In this document: positions 57,601-64,000 of the stretch, piece after piece
How the letters are laid out: each line of letters starts with the position of its first letter
Numbering within the stretch: the first letter of the stretch is position 1
DNA from: a virus
Direction: 5' to 3' (one strand)
DNA length: 64,000 nucleotides
IMG/VR virus record: IMGVR_UViG_3300030110_005581
The notes under the pieces: generated by a model
What the model saw: the letters and a program-made list of their open reading frames with translations, nothing else
The model's database searches: none
What the model was told of the DNA's origin: nothing
Program-made: the position numbers and the translations under genes

Positions 57601-58754
57601 GGGCGCCGGTCAAACACATTTTTGCCGTCCCATCCCCATACCATCTGTTGCCTGTCTCCATATCCAGTTAGGCTGTCGAGCTTACTATCTGCTCTAGGCT
57701 TGACTGTTCCATTATTTTCTTTGGACCATGGCATTTCTGCCATTACAAAAACTAAATTTCTGCGGGCATTGTCAAGTTGAGGGTTGGGCTTTGTCATTTG
57801 TGTTATTGTTTTTCCGATCTCATTCCACTCGTTTGCATCGTTTGCAAATTTTCCAACATCATGAAAAAAATAAATAACTTCTAGATGATTTGTTGGCCGA
57901 ACCCCCACGGGCATATATATTAATGTATTTCGACCTTCGCCATCAATCATCTTCTCATTATCTTTTGGTCCGTTACCCTCTAACTTGCCAATCCAAACTA
58001 TTCCCTCAAAATTGCTATTTTTTGCGGGGTCGACTAGAGGCCCTAGCCAGCTTGAAGCGCCGTCATCAATAAGTTTTTTTTCTGCGTGACCTGCATCTGT
58101 ATTTAAAGGCAATGCAGAATCAAGGGCATGAACCTTTTTGTTTTTACCTTTACAATCTCCGCTAGCCCCCTGGCCAGTGTAAGTTTTCCTACAAGCATCA
58201 ATACAGTCTTTAAGTTCTTGTGCTATATATCCAGTATCTTTGGGGTCCAGGGGGCCTGCAAAGTACATTCTAGTGATTGCACCCTTATTTGCCAACTCAA
58301 CCTTTACAAGGTCTCCTGGCTGGGCTCCTTGGCGTTGAACTAGAGTATCTATTGCTTGTATATCTGGAAAGGCATCAATTGCCAGCTTATCGGCCGCAGA
58401 GAGCTTGCCCGTAATTTTGCTCGGCTTCTTGAGCATAAAATGTAGCTCTGGTATATAAACTTTATATGTGTTAAGCCCATATCTCTTAGAACCGCCCCGG
58501 GGTTCTGCCAAGGCTATGGCGCCATCTTGCGCCGTGCAATCAAGGTCAGTGTATAGATTATTAACCTTTAAGAGAACCCCAATCAAAGTTCCAGAAGTTT
58601 TAAACTTGTTTGGTGAAAATACCTTGTCTTTAATACGATTGATGATCGACTGTGGAGTTTCCGAATCTGAATCGATACTCTCCTGATCAATATCATCAAC
58701 ATTAAAGTCATTAAGATATCCTGGGGGCAAGTCTAGTACGAGCGGCTTTCCCAT
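54633..58754 (-). CDS. Hub/tail-tip-like multidomain protein with two degenerate alpha/beta-hydrolase domains and a C-terminal MepA-like murein endopeptidase
   Basis: Start re-assigned to the ATG at 58754 (GGAG SD, right after the upstream stop). Peptidase motifs QWG...HDVS...GHVSHREGADFDL...HENHYHVRV; duplicated YFFHD/YFLHG domains. Confidence 0.7.
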   Translation of the reverse strand: MGKPLVLDLPPGYLNDFNVDDIDQESIDSDSETPQSIINRIKDKVFSPNKFKTSGTLIGVLLKVNNLYTDLDCTAQDGAIALAEPRGGSKRYGLNTYKVYIPELHFMLKKPSKITGKLSAADKLAIDAFPDIQAIDTLVQRQGAQPGDLVKVELANKGAITRMYFAGPLDPKDTGYIAQELKDCIDACRKTYTGQGASGDCKGKNKKVHALDSALPLNTDAGHAEKKLIDDGASSWLGPLVDPAKNSNFEGIVWIGKLEGNGPKDNEKMIDGEGRNTLIYMPVGVRPTNHLEVIYFFHDVGKFANDANEWNEIGKTITQMTKPNPQLDNARRNLVFVMAEMPWSKENNGTVKPRADSKLDSLTGYGDRQQMVWGWDGKNVFDRRPLFAEINSAGEKNVYGNISKFIGNIEKVLSEKLSVDKKMLKHITLVGDRRGSIAISNLARMKLLEKFGKNLKSIKLWNGDYSSTDTNRYHDNDIKDIIIAVDPNKVEVEFHLSKDAPAITKKAVAAYIGQTSAMTSKWNGVPPAKEKNPLIYARNELQIFYANALKYKKSGQTVGPDIKPEDEDMFTQTLEEKTKNGESFINGNSSKTLRLSGRWVNFIFRGVESSVKFDWVSWLEEPNTPTAAAATEVGKTPGKVIKVADKSGDIVKSDESRFEDFKGRTMLYNSAETKALKGKTAIVAPQGVDLSKPYELIYFLHGASGNGPLPTLWTGHGFRKAIQNQLHNMVDQQGRNIVYVTTQLNVADKTNIEDATFGNNESSFVNFHNEVLGIIKEKDSKKGLGATADPQFVNIKAFKQGYTSLAGLMKKMNSPTVGSTKLKRIDMLNASYASGVNSILGTVYGANKGSWNPGKDFEFHIYTSRSTDKETVTDSGVSKLLEKDGCGEPKFVGGKKFNGCKETTLLNGAKTKFQGIFLNLNTGGGATKPLDSYFKTKSLLAKASPGIKEGEFPLKAKVIAVSPAKVPVAYDEEGNAYNHKGEKLPDKDGLKDPNVKCKKGRKKNQRAKTNKPRRLKACEKQCKDSAKGKKTRNAKLVPPGTVECGKNPLGLLDIKAHVKNKRYTAQSSWNRGYQWGNNQVATWIDKVLENPIWGKAEKPSKYGYAYATMKDGRSGIQWIIHDVSPEWANAIDMVRGHVSHREGADFDLNLPTWYKYSTADSNAKNNYRVLSGRGTTTKGGHLQLFESPKKAAKYNGLVVDYDKTIVMGLLTLAMGGKFKKSKILFGQRDGYARKLPGSSFRKWLKVRIKQIQTQDYDNPKIWMKEPDPAFRQIFKQLEDEGLKGPIGRAIYNMFPMAKNHENHYHVRVAKKNQTARAGFKKALANLKKKKCDYTGPHSKSPRIWQAWVKADGSGYDLSKTKPKKGWKPGESKE

Positions 58755-58755
58755 A

Positions 58756-59061
58756 CTACTTGTCTCCACCCTGAATCAAATCAAAAAGCTGCTCTTTGTC
58801 TTCATCGTTTAGTTCGATTGAACCGTCTTGTCTTTTATTTAAAATAGCAGTGATTTTGACAAGTTGCTCGTTCGAACGCTGGAGGGTTTCAACATATTTA
58901 GATGCGATAAGACCTAATTGCTTGTGATTTTCTAAATCTGACGCCTTCTTCATTTCCAAAAGAAGGTCAGTTAGTAACGTATTGGTTACAGCTCGATCGT
59001 TTCGAATATTGTTTATTGATTCTTCAATATAGTCATTAATATCTTCTACTCTTCGTCCCAT
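58756..59061 (-). CDS. Hypothetical coiled-coil protein, 101 aa
   Basis: Helical ORF overlapping the sigma factor 3' end; faint resemblance to the T4 gp16 oligomerisation helices. Confidence 0.6.
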   Translation of the reverse strand: MGRRVEDINDYIEESINNIRNDRAVTNTLLTDLLLEMKKASDLENHKQLGLIASKYVETLQRSNEQLVKITAILNKRQDGSIELNDEDKEQLFDLIQGGDK

Positions 59062-59735
59062 TTCTTTTTAAAATCCCTATACTTAACTCTTAGCTTATTC
59101 AAGGAGCTTACGACTTGTTTAGTATTTAAACCGGTAATTTCCCTTATGTATAGGTAAATAGCTTTCTTATTAAAAATTTCTATATTTTCAGACTCTTCGA
59201 AAAGAATCTTGACCGCTTGAATAACTTTTTTATCGTTTGCTCTGACAGCTGCACCTTCCCACAAGACAACGTTATCCCTAAAACGATACCAAAATTCTTT
59301 TTTGATCGCCTCCTGCATTGACGTATTATAAATGACCAATGGGTGGCTGTTGTTGATATCATCCCCATCGTTAATACAATAGTCCTCAATAAGCACTTCT
59401 CGCCTATATCTCTGGCTTGTTTTCTTAACTTTGTGGATGAACCAATTTTTTGTGATCACACTAAAGTAAGAAAAAGCTTTTGAACCCTTGTTCGGGTCAT
59501 ACTTATCTAATATTGTGATAAGCCAGTTTTTACAATCCTCTTTTAAATAATCCACATTTGGTAGTGTGGTAAATTTATAAGTGTAGACAATCTTATCAAC
59601 CATCTCATCGAACGCAGGGCCTATTAAGGTTGCGTACAACTCATTTCTTGTTTTGGGGTCATTCGTATTACAATATTGTACAATTGCATCTTCGTGTACT
59701 TTTGTGAAGTACATGTTTTTTCTTTTACGGGCCAT
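59046..59735 (-). CDS. Phage sigma factor (T4 gp55-like, probably late transcription)
   Basis: Region-2-like LDKYDPNKGSKAFSYFSVITKNWF; C-terminal HTH-like YLYIREITGLNTKQVVSSLNKLR. Confidence 0.8.
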   Translation of the reverse strand: MARKRKNMYFTKVHEDAIVQYCNTNDPKTRNELYATLIGPAFDEMVDKIVYTYKFTTLPNVDYLKEDCKNWLITILDKYDPNKGSKAFSYFSVITKNWFIHKVKKTSQRYRREVLIEDYCINDGDDINNSHPLVIYNTSMQEAIKKEFWYRFRDNVVLWEGAAVRANDKKVIQAVKILFEESENIEIFNKKAIYLYIREITGLNTKQVVSSLNKLRVKYRDFKKKWDEE

Positions 59736-59738
59736 GTT

Positions 59739-60038
59739 TTAAATATCTTCCTCATCATACTCTTCTTGCTCGCTGTAATTAACATCGTAGGTGGCTCTAA
59801 AATTTTTAGCCGTTTCAGAAAGGGCTTTTGCGTGTCTTAGCAAATTTTCTAAAGTAGTGTCTCCAAAAAATCTTTCTAAGTTGTACACAATATCAACATG
59901 CTCTTCATACTCCTCTAAGCTCACAAACAGGCCCTCAATTTCATCTGATATATTAAGAAAGCGCCGAAGCAGCTGTACTATATACCAAACAAAAAGCACA
60001 TTTAATATAACTGATATGGTTAGAAGTATTTCAATCAT
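59739..60038 (-). CDS. Small membrane-anchored hypothetical protein, 99 aa
   Basis: N-terminal TM (ILLTISVILNVLFVWYIV), coiled coil and acidic tail; ATGA-coupled to the upstream gene. Confidence 0.7.
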   Translation of the reverse strand: MIEILLTISVILNVLFVWYIVQLLRRFLNISDEIEGLFVSLEEYEEHVDIVYNLERFFGDTTLENLLRHAKALSETAKNFRATYDVNYSEQEEYDEEDI

Positions 60039-60286
60039 CTTTTGTTGTTTAGATCCTCTTTTTGCCGATCAAGCTCTTTCTTGGAATTTTTTATAAATTC
60101 CTCAACGTGCGACCCAACTTTTTCTCTTTTTACCTCGGTTTGTTTTGATAAATTAGAGAACATGCTCGGTTTTCTATAGACATTTTGTGATTCGCACAAT
60201 TTACATTCTTCAACTGTTTCGGCCATGCCATGATTTTCTTTCCATTCTTCTTCACAGTCATCACATGCATAAACATAAATTGGCAT
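60035..60286 (-). CDS. FmdB-family zinc-ribbon protein
   Basis: MPIYVYACDDC...CKLCES, the MP-x-Y-x-Y-x-C-x-x-C signature. Confidence 0.85.
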   Translation of the reverse strand: MPIYVYACDDCEEEWKENHGMAETVEECKLCESQNVYRKPSMFSNLSKQTEVKREKVGSHVEEFIKNSKKELDRQKEDLNNKR

Positions 60287-60288
60287 AA

Positions 60289-60522
60289 TTATGCTTGACC
60301 GTCTGTTGTTTCTGTGTCTGTTGATTGTTTTAGGTTCTCTTCAAACTCATCATTAAATTTAACAATGGGTGGGTTAACAACAACCAGCCCTTGGGGTGTG
60401 TCTTGAATTTTAAAACCACTTAATACTGGAACAATATCAGATTGCTCCATAAGGCTTTTTTGGAGTGCCATCATAACTGCTCCGACTGCTTGGTCGGACA
60501 TTCGCATTTCTTTCAATTTCAT
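60289..60522 (-). CDS. Hypothetical protein, 77 aa
   Basis: AAGGAG SD; first gene of the sigma-factor cluster. Confidence 0.7.
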   Translation of the reverse strand: MKLKEMRMSDQAVGAVMMALQKSLMEQSDIVPVLSGFKIQDTPQGLVVVNPPIVKFNDEFEENLKQSTDTETTDGQA

Positions 60523-60552
60523 TTGATTTCTCCTTTTTTGTTGCGAGACTTG

Positions 60553-60561
60553 ATTTTAACA
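60553..60561 (-). promoter_or_regulatory. Extended -10 element (TGTTAAAAT) upstream of the sigma-factor cluster
   Basis: Same TGTTA start as the three sigma70-type promoters at 17-18.6 kb; no good -35 box. Confidence 0.4.
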
Positions 60562-60600
60562 TGCTTATTTTTATTTTTTAAGTAATGCTGCTATTTTTAT

Positions 60601-61332
60601 TTAATACTCTGTCTCTAGAGAGTTGGAATTTCCAGATCTATACTTCTGGCCTTTAATTTTATAGATATCAGGAGGCACATTTTTAAATTTATCGGAGTGA
60701 TATTCTTCATAAAAATTGCCACACTCTGAGGGCGTATATGTAAAAAATACTATAGTTCTAGATAAGTTTGAATTATTTCCATATGATGCATGCGGAACAT
60801 AGCTATCAAACAATATAATGTCTCCAGCATTCGTTGGGCACGCCTCTAAGTATATGTTTTCATTAAGATCTTGAAAGTTTTCTGTCAACATGCGGTTTGT
60901 CTTTTTGCCAAAAAATATACAACCATTTTCCTCGTTAGTGTCACAAAGCGGAATAGCAACTGAGACATGTCGATTACAATAATTACCCCAACTAGCAGCT
61001 ATATCTTGGTGTGGCAAAAAGCCTTCCCCGCCGGGATATTTAAAATTAATTTTATCCTTAAATAGAACAGGAGTATCGCGCAACTTCTCTTGAACGAGAG
61101 ATAAAAGTTTTGCATCCAAAGACAAGTCTCTTAGACTCCCGTTGTGGTTTACAAAATATTCTATCCTACTTAATGTCTTTTTGTCTTTTTCAAAATATTT
61201 CCACACATAATCTTTTCTATCTTCTTCTGAAATAAGATAGTTTATATGCTGTTGGATATTGTCAACCTGCTCAGAAGACAAAAATGACTCAACTTTTTCA
61301 TACCCAAATGCTTCGTCCCAAGTACTGTTCAT
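60601..61332 (-). CDS. Phytanoyl-CoA dioxygenase (PhyH)-family 2OG-Fe(II) oxygenase
   Basis: KDKINFK-x-PGG...PHQD (HxD), ENGC, GDIILFDSYVPHAS (distal His) and SR (2OG-binding Arg). Confidence 0.88.
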   Translation of the reverse strand: MNSTWDEAFGYEKVESFLSSEQVDNIQQHINYLISEEDRKDYVWKYFEKDKKTLSRIEYFVNHNGSLRDLSLDAKLLSLVQEKLRDTPVLFKDKINFKYPGGEGFLPHQDIAASWGNYCNRHVSVAIPLCDTNEENGCIFFGKKTNRMLTENFQDLNENIYLEACPTNAGDIILFDSYVPHASYGNNSNLSRTIVFFTYTPSECGNFYEEYHSDKFKNVPPDIYKIKGQKYRSGNSNSLETEY

Positions 61333-61901
61333 TAAATTTTCCTGTGTGCGTTAAATCTTAGAGCCTTGTCGGGTCTCGTATAATAGGCGTCACTAACTTG
61401 CCAGCCTTCAAATTCTTCTTTTTGGAATAATAGGTGGTCAGTGGTGCAAGAGTTTATTGGCAAGTCTCCTATAAAGATACTTTTTTTTGACACTCGCTCC
61501 ATTTCAGATATCGCCATGTGCACATATTTTTTGTCTGGAAAATAATGGAACACGCTAAATGAAAAAACAAAATCAAAAGACTTGTCTTCAAATGGCAAAT
61601 TTGAAGCTTCTGACACAAAAACATTGTTTCCTAGAATGTTACGATGCTTTTCAATCAAAGATTCCGAATAATCAACACCAACATAGTTACAATCAAAATG
61701 CTGCGCTAGCATTCCGGCACCACAGCCGACTTCTAAAATACGAGAATCTTTGTTAATTCCCATAATTTTACATATGTTATCTACTACATTGATGGCTGCT
61801 TCGCGAAAATTAGTTTTTTCATGACCGTTTAAGAGACAGAGGTCTTCTGTATTTTCGGCCCCTTTTCGGTTCCAAACCTTTTTCCAATCTGTAGGCATCA
61901 A
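61332..61901 (-). CDS. Class I SAM-dependent methyltransferase
   Basis: ILEVGCGAG (motif I), VGVDYS and ASNLPFEDKSFDFVFSFSVFHY. Confidence 0.9.
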   Translation of the reverse strand: MMPTDWKKVWNRKGAENTEDLCLLNGHEKTNFREAAINVVDNICKIMGINKDSRILEVGCGAGMLAQHFDCNYVGVDYSESLIEKHRNILGNNVFVSEASNLPFEDKSFDFVFSFSVFHYFPDKKYVHMAISEMERVSKKSIFIGDLPINSCTTDHLLFQKEEFEGWQVSDAYYTRPDKALRFNAHRKI

Positions 61902-64000
61902 TCATTATCCTCATAAATCTTGTGATTAAAAGATACGAGGCCCTTCTTTCCTAAGCTATTACAATTCGGGGTACCCCATAATTCCTCGAAGAACGCAAAT
62001 GAAGTAAAGGTGCCAACATCATTGTACCAATACTCATTCATATCTGAGTGTTGATTCCCTTGAGGGTAAAAGCTTTTAAATAGCAACTTTGCCTTATTGT
62101 AATTTTCTTCGCTTAAAAATTGTTCTTTGTGTTCTTGTCCGATCATGGATATACAGTCACCAACATCTGCTCGACGAACTGTTTCTCCATCACTAGATCT
62201 AACATGATTGCCCCATGGTTGCTGGTAGTGGCAAGTTGCGGATGTGTGTTCAGAGAGGACAAACTTCTCCAAGTCATTTTTGCTTACATTTACTAAATCG
62301 CCACAAACCAGCACACAGTCTCCATCAATGGAAAGTGCGGCCTTAAACGTACTTCGAATTTTATCGTCTTCTGGATTTAAAACTTGCACATGAGGATAAC
62401 TTTGCTTAACGTGATCAATTAAATCCGTGTTTTCAGAGCTGGCGACAACGTAAGTTTTAGTGTTTTCTATATCGCACTCATCTAACAAATTATTAATCAG
62501 AGGCTTTCCTTTGAACGGCTCTAAGTGCCTGTTTCTGTTAGGTTTTGGGGGCCCTCCTGCTAAAATTACAATGTTCTTAAACCTGGGTTTTAAAAACTCT
62601 TTTACCATGTTTACGTCTCGAATATCTTTATCTTCGCCTCTAGTTGATTTCATTTTTACCATCCCCTGCAGGGACAAAAACTTTAAACCGTGTGCGTAGA
62701 TGTGTTTTTTTGAATTATATAAGATATCTCGCGCATCATCAACATAATATCTGAGGTATGGATTGTGAGAAGAAACATTCTCAGTGAATGGAATTGTGTT
62801 TGATGGCAAGTGAATAACATCAAAATCGCGGCAGGCGCGTTTTCCATACAGCGACAGCGGAGCACTACCTCCCACACAAAAATCTTCCAAGTCCAGATCG
62901 CTATTTTCAATTACGTGCTTAGTCTCTTTTACAAACTGCTTAATGTTTGGTGTATTGAAGGCACCCACCTTTGAGGTATTTATGAACTCTAAAGTAGGTT
63001 CATGGAATGCAATAGTTGCATTTCTCCATGCCTCTTCGTAAGTGTCAGTAGTGTGTACGCTTGGCTTCCCAACGCCAATAATATCTCTAATTTCATTTTT
63101 GACGCGCGTAGCTGTTTCCAGACCATCGCATTCAAATAAGATAACCTTTACATTATTTCCTTTTGAGAAATTTAAATTAGCCTGTTCGTGCGCTCCAGGG
63201 TATCCATTCGCTTCATTGCCAAGCCACGCTTCGTCAGAATAAGAAGAGATGACATAATTTAATCTACCAGTGTCACTAAGTTCAATATCCTTTTGATATA
63301 CAACAGAGACATTGTTTTTTGCAAAAATCTCAGAGATTTTATCAAAATGAGGCTCGCAATGGGCATAAAGAGACGTTACAAACACATGCTTCTTTAGTCT
63401 CATGTATTCTAGTGCCATGGCATCCGCGGTATTTCTGTCCAGGCCCGTTGGGACAATATCCTTCTTGTTTAAAAAATAATCCGCAGAACACATCAATTGT
63501 CCTGCATCTGGGGCACTTTCTTTGCAAATAAGGGGCGTACCATAGGTAATAGCAGCTGCGGTGCGGTGGGCCCCATTTAAAAGCATGTGGAGACCACTGA
63601 CAGGGACAAATGATTTTTCTTCATCAAACCCTGTTGTCTTTATATCATCCAAAATCGAATGGTATGCATTATAAAAATCTTCTAAATTATTTTTAGCAGG
63701 CCTCTTTTCGGTAAATCCACCCCACACTTCTAAGTGATTTTCATACACTGATTTTGCAAAAAAGCTTTCAACGCCCTTTTCGCGATGTCGGGCATACAAA
63801 GTCTTTGCTGGCAAATCAAACCGCCAAGCAGTTAAGAGTTCGGTTGCATCGTCAATAACAAACCTATCTTTATATTTGCTTTTAATCCCATAGGCTCTAG
63901 AATATTTAGGCTTGCGGCGGATCTCTGATTCATATGACAATTGTTTTTTGCGCTTCTCTGGCACTACATGGTCGTTATTATCATGAAGATTGTAAACATA
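61898..64000 (-). CDS. 5'-truncated multidomain fusion (GT2-like tail, ParB/Srx-like, NDK-like, nucleotidyltransferase, NTP-transferase)
   Basis: The frame is open to the window edge (YVYNLHDNNDHVVPEKRKKQ...). Motifs LLNGAHRTAA, SVHTTD, VGGSAPLSLYG-x-R-x-x-RDFDVIH and NIVILAGG...GKPLI. Confidence 0.7.
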   Translation of the reverse strand, partial: YVYNLHDNNDHVVPEKRKKQLSYESEIRRKPKYSRAYGIKSKYKDRFVIDDATELLTAWRFDLPAKTLYARHREKGVESFFAKSVYENHLEVWGGFTEKRPAKNNLEDFYNAYHSILDDIKTTGFDEEKSFVPVSGLHMLLNGAHRTAAAITYGTPLICKESAPDAGQLMCSADYFLNKKDIVPTGLDRNTADAMALEYMRLKKHVFVTSLYAHCEPHFDKISEIFAKNNVSVVYQKDIELSDTGRLNYVISSYSDEAWLGNEANGYPGAHEQANLNFSKGNNVKVILFECDGLETATRVKNEIRDIIGVGKPSVHTTDTYEEAWRNATIAFHEPTLEFINTSKVGAFNTPNIKQFVKETKHVIENSDLDLEDFCVGGSAPLSLYGKRACRDFDVIHLPSNTIPFTENVSSHNPYLRYYVDDARDILYNSKKHIYAHGLKFLSLQGMVKMKSTRGEDKDIRDVNMVKEFLKPRFKNIVILAGGPPKPNRNRHLEPFKGKPLINNLLDECDIENTKTYVVASSENTDLIDHVKQSYPHVQVLNPEDDKIRSTFKAALSIDGDCVLVCGDLVNVSKNDLEKFVLSEHTSATCHYQQPWGNHVRSSDGETVRRADVGDCISMIGQEHKEQFLSEENYNKAKLLFKSFYPQGNQHSDMNEYWYNDVGTFTSFAFFEELWGTPNCNSLGKKGLVSFNHKIYEDND

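Noticed and set aside
143-63531. All other short plus-strand and nested alternative-frame ORFs in the track
   Set aside because: They overlap well-supported minus-strand genes, lack SDs and show no recognisable motifs.
1-64000. Stop-codon reassignment, inteins, introns or CRISPR arrays
   Set aside because: Genes tile the strand under the standard code using all three stops. Terminase, portal, primase and SbcDC have no unexplained insertions, and no regularly spaced repeats were seen.

Overview
This 64-kb window is a segment of a large T4-like, contractile-tailed dsDNA phage genome. Every credible gene is on the minus strand and the standard genetic code fits throughout. In transcription order (right to left) it contains: (i) the end of a glycan/small-molecule modification cluster (a 5'-truncated multi-domain fusion, a SAM methyltransferase and a PhyH-type 2OG-Fe(II) dioxygenase); (ii) a small cluster with an FmdB zinc ribbon and a gp55-like late sigma factor; (iii) a ~40-kb baseplate/tail block (hub-like protein with a MepA-type peptidase, HxH spike, gp25-like, gp6/baseplate-J-like, a 3545-aa LamG-bearing protein and several unassigned giants); (iv) a DNA-metabolism island driven by host-type sigma70 promoters (RuvC-like resolvase, primase, Hsp20, carbamoyltransferase, fused Mre11-Rad50/SbcDC); (v) a possible lysis/membrane cassette and two S74-chaperone tail fibres; and (vi) the head module (large terminase, portal, prohead protease, ribosomal protein bS21). 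No tRNA, rRNA, CRISPR array, integrase, transposase or intein was seen. The strongest leads are: a recurring CTA(A/T)TTA candidate late promoter paired with the encoded sigma factor; a hub-like protein with two apparently dead alpha/beta-hydrolase domains plus a MepA-like peptidase; a carbamoyltransferase placed among DNA-metabolism genes; bS21 alongside strongly SD-led mRNAs; two unannotated micro-ORFs; and a probably leaderless primase transcript. All family assignments are by motif recognition by eye; no searches were run.
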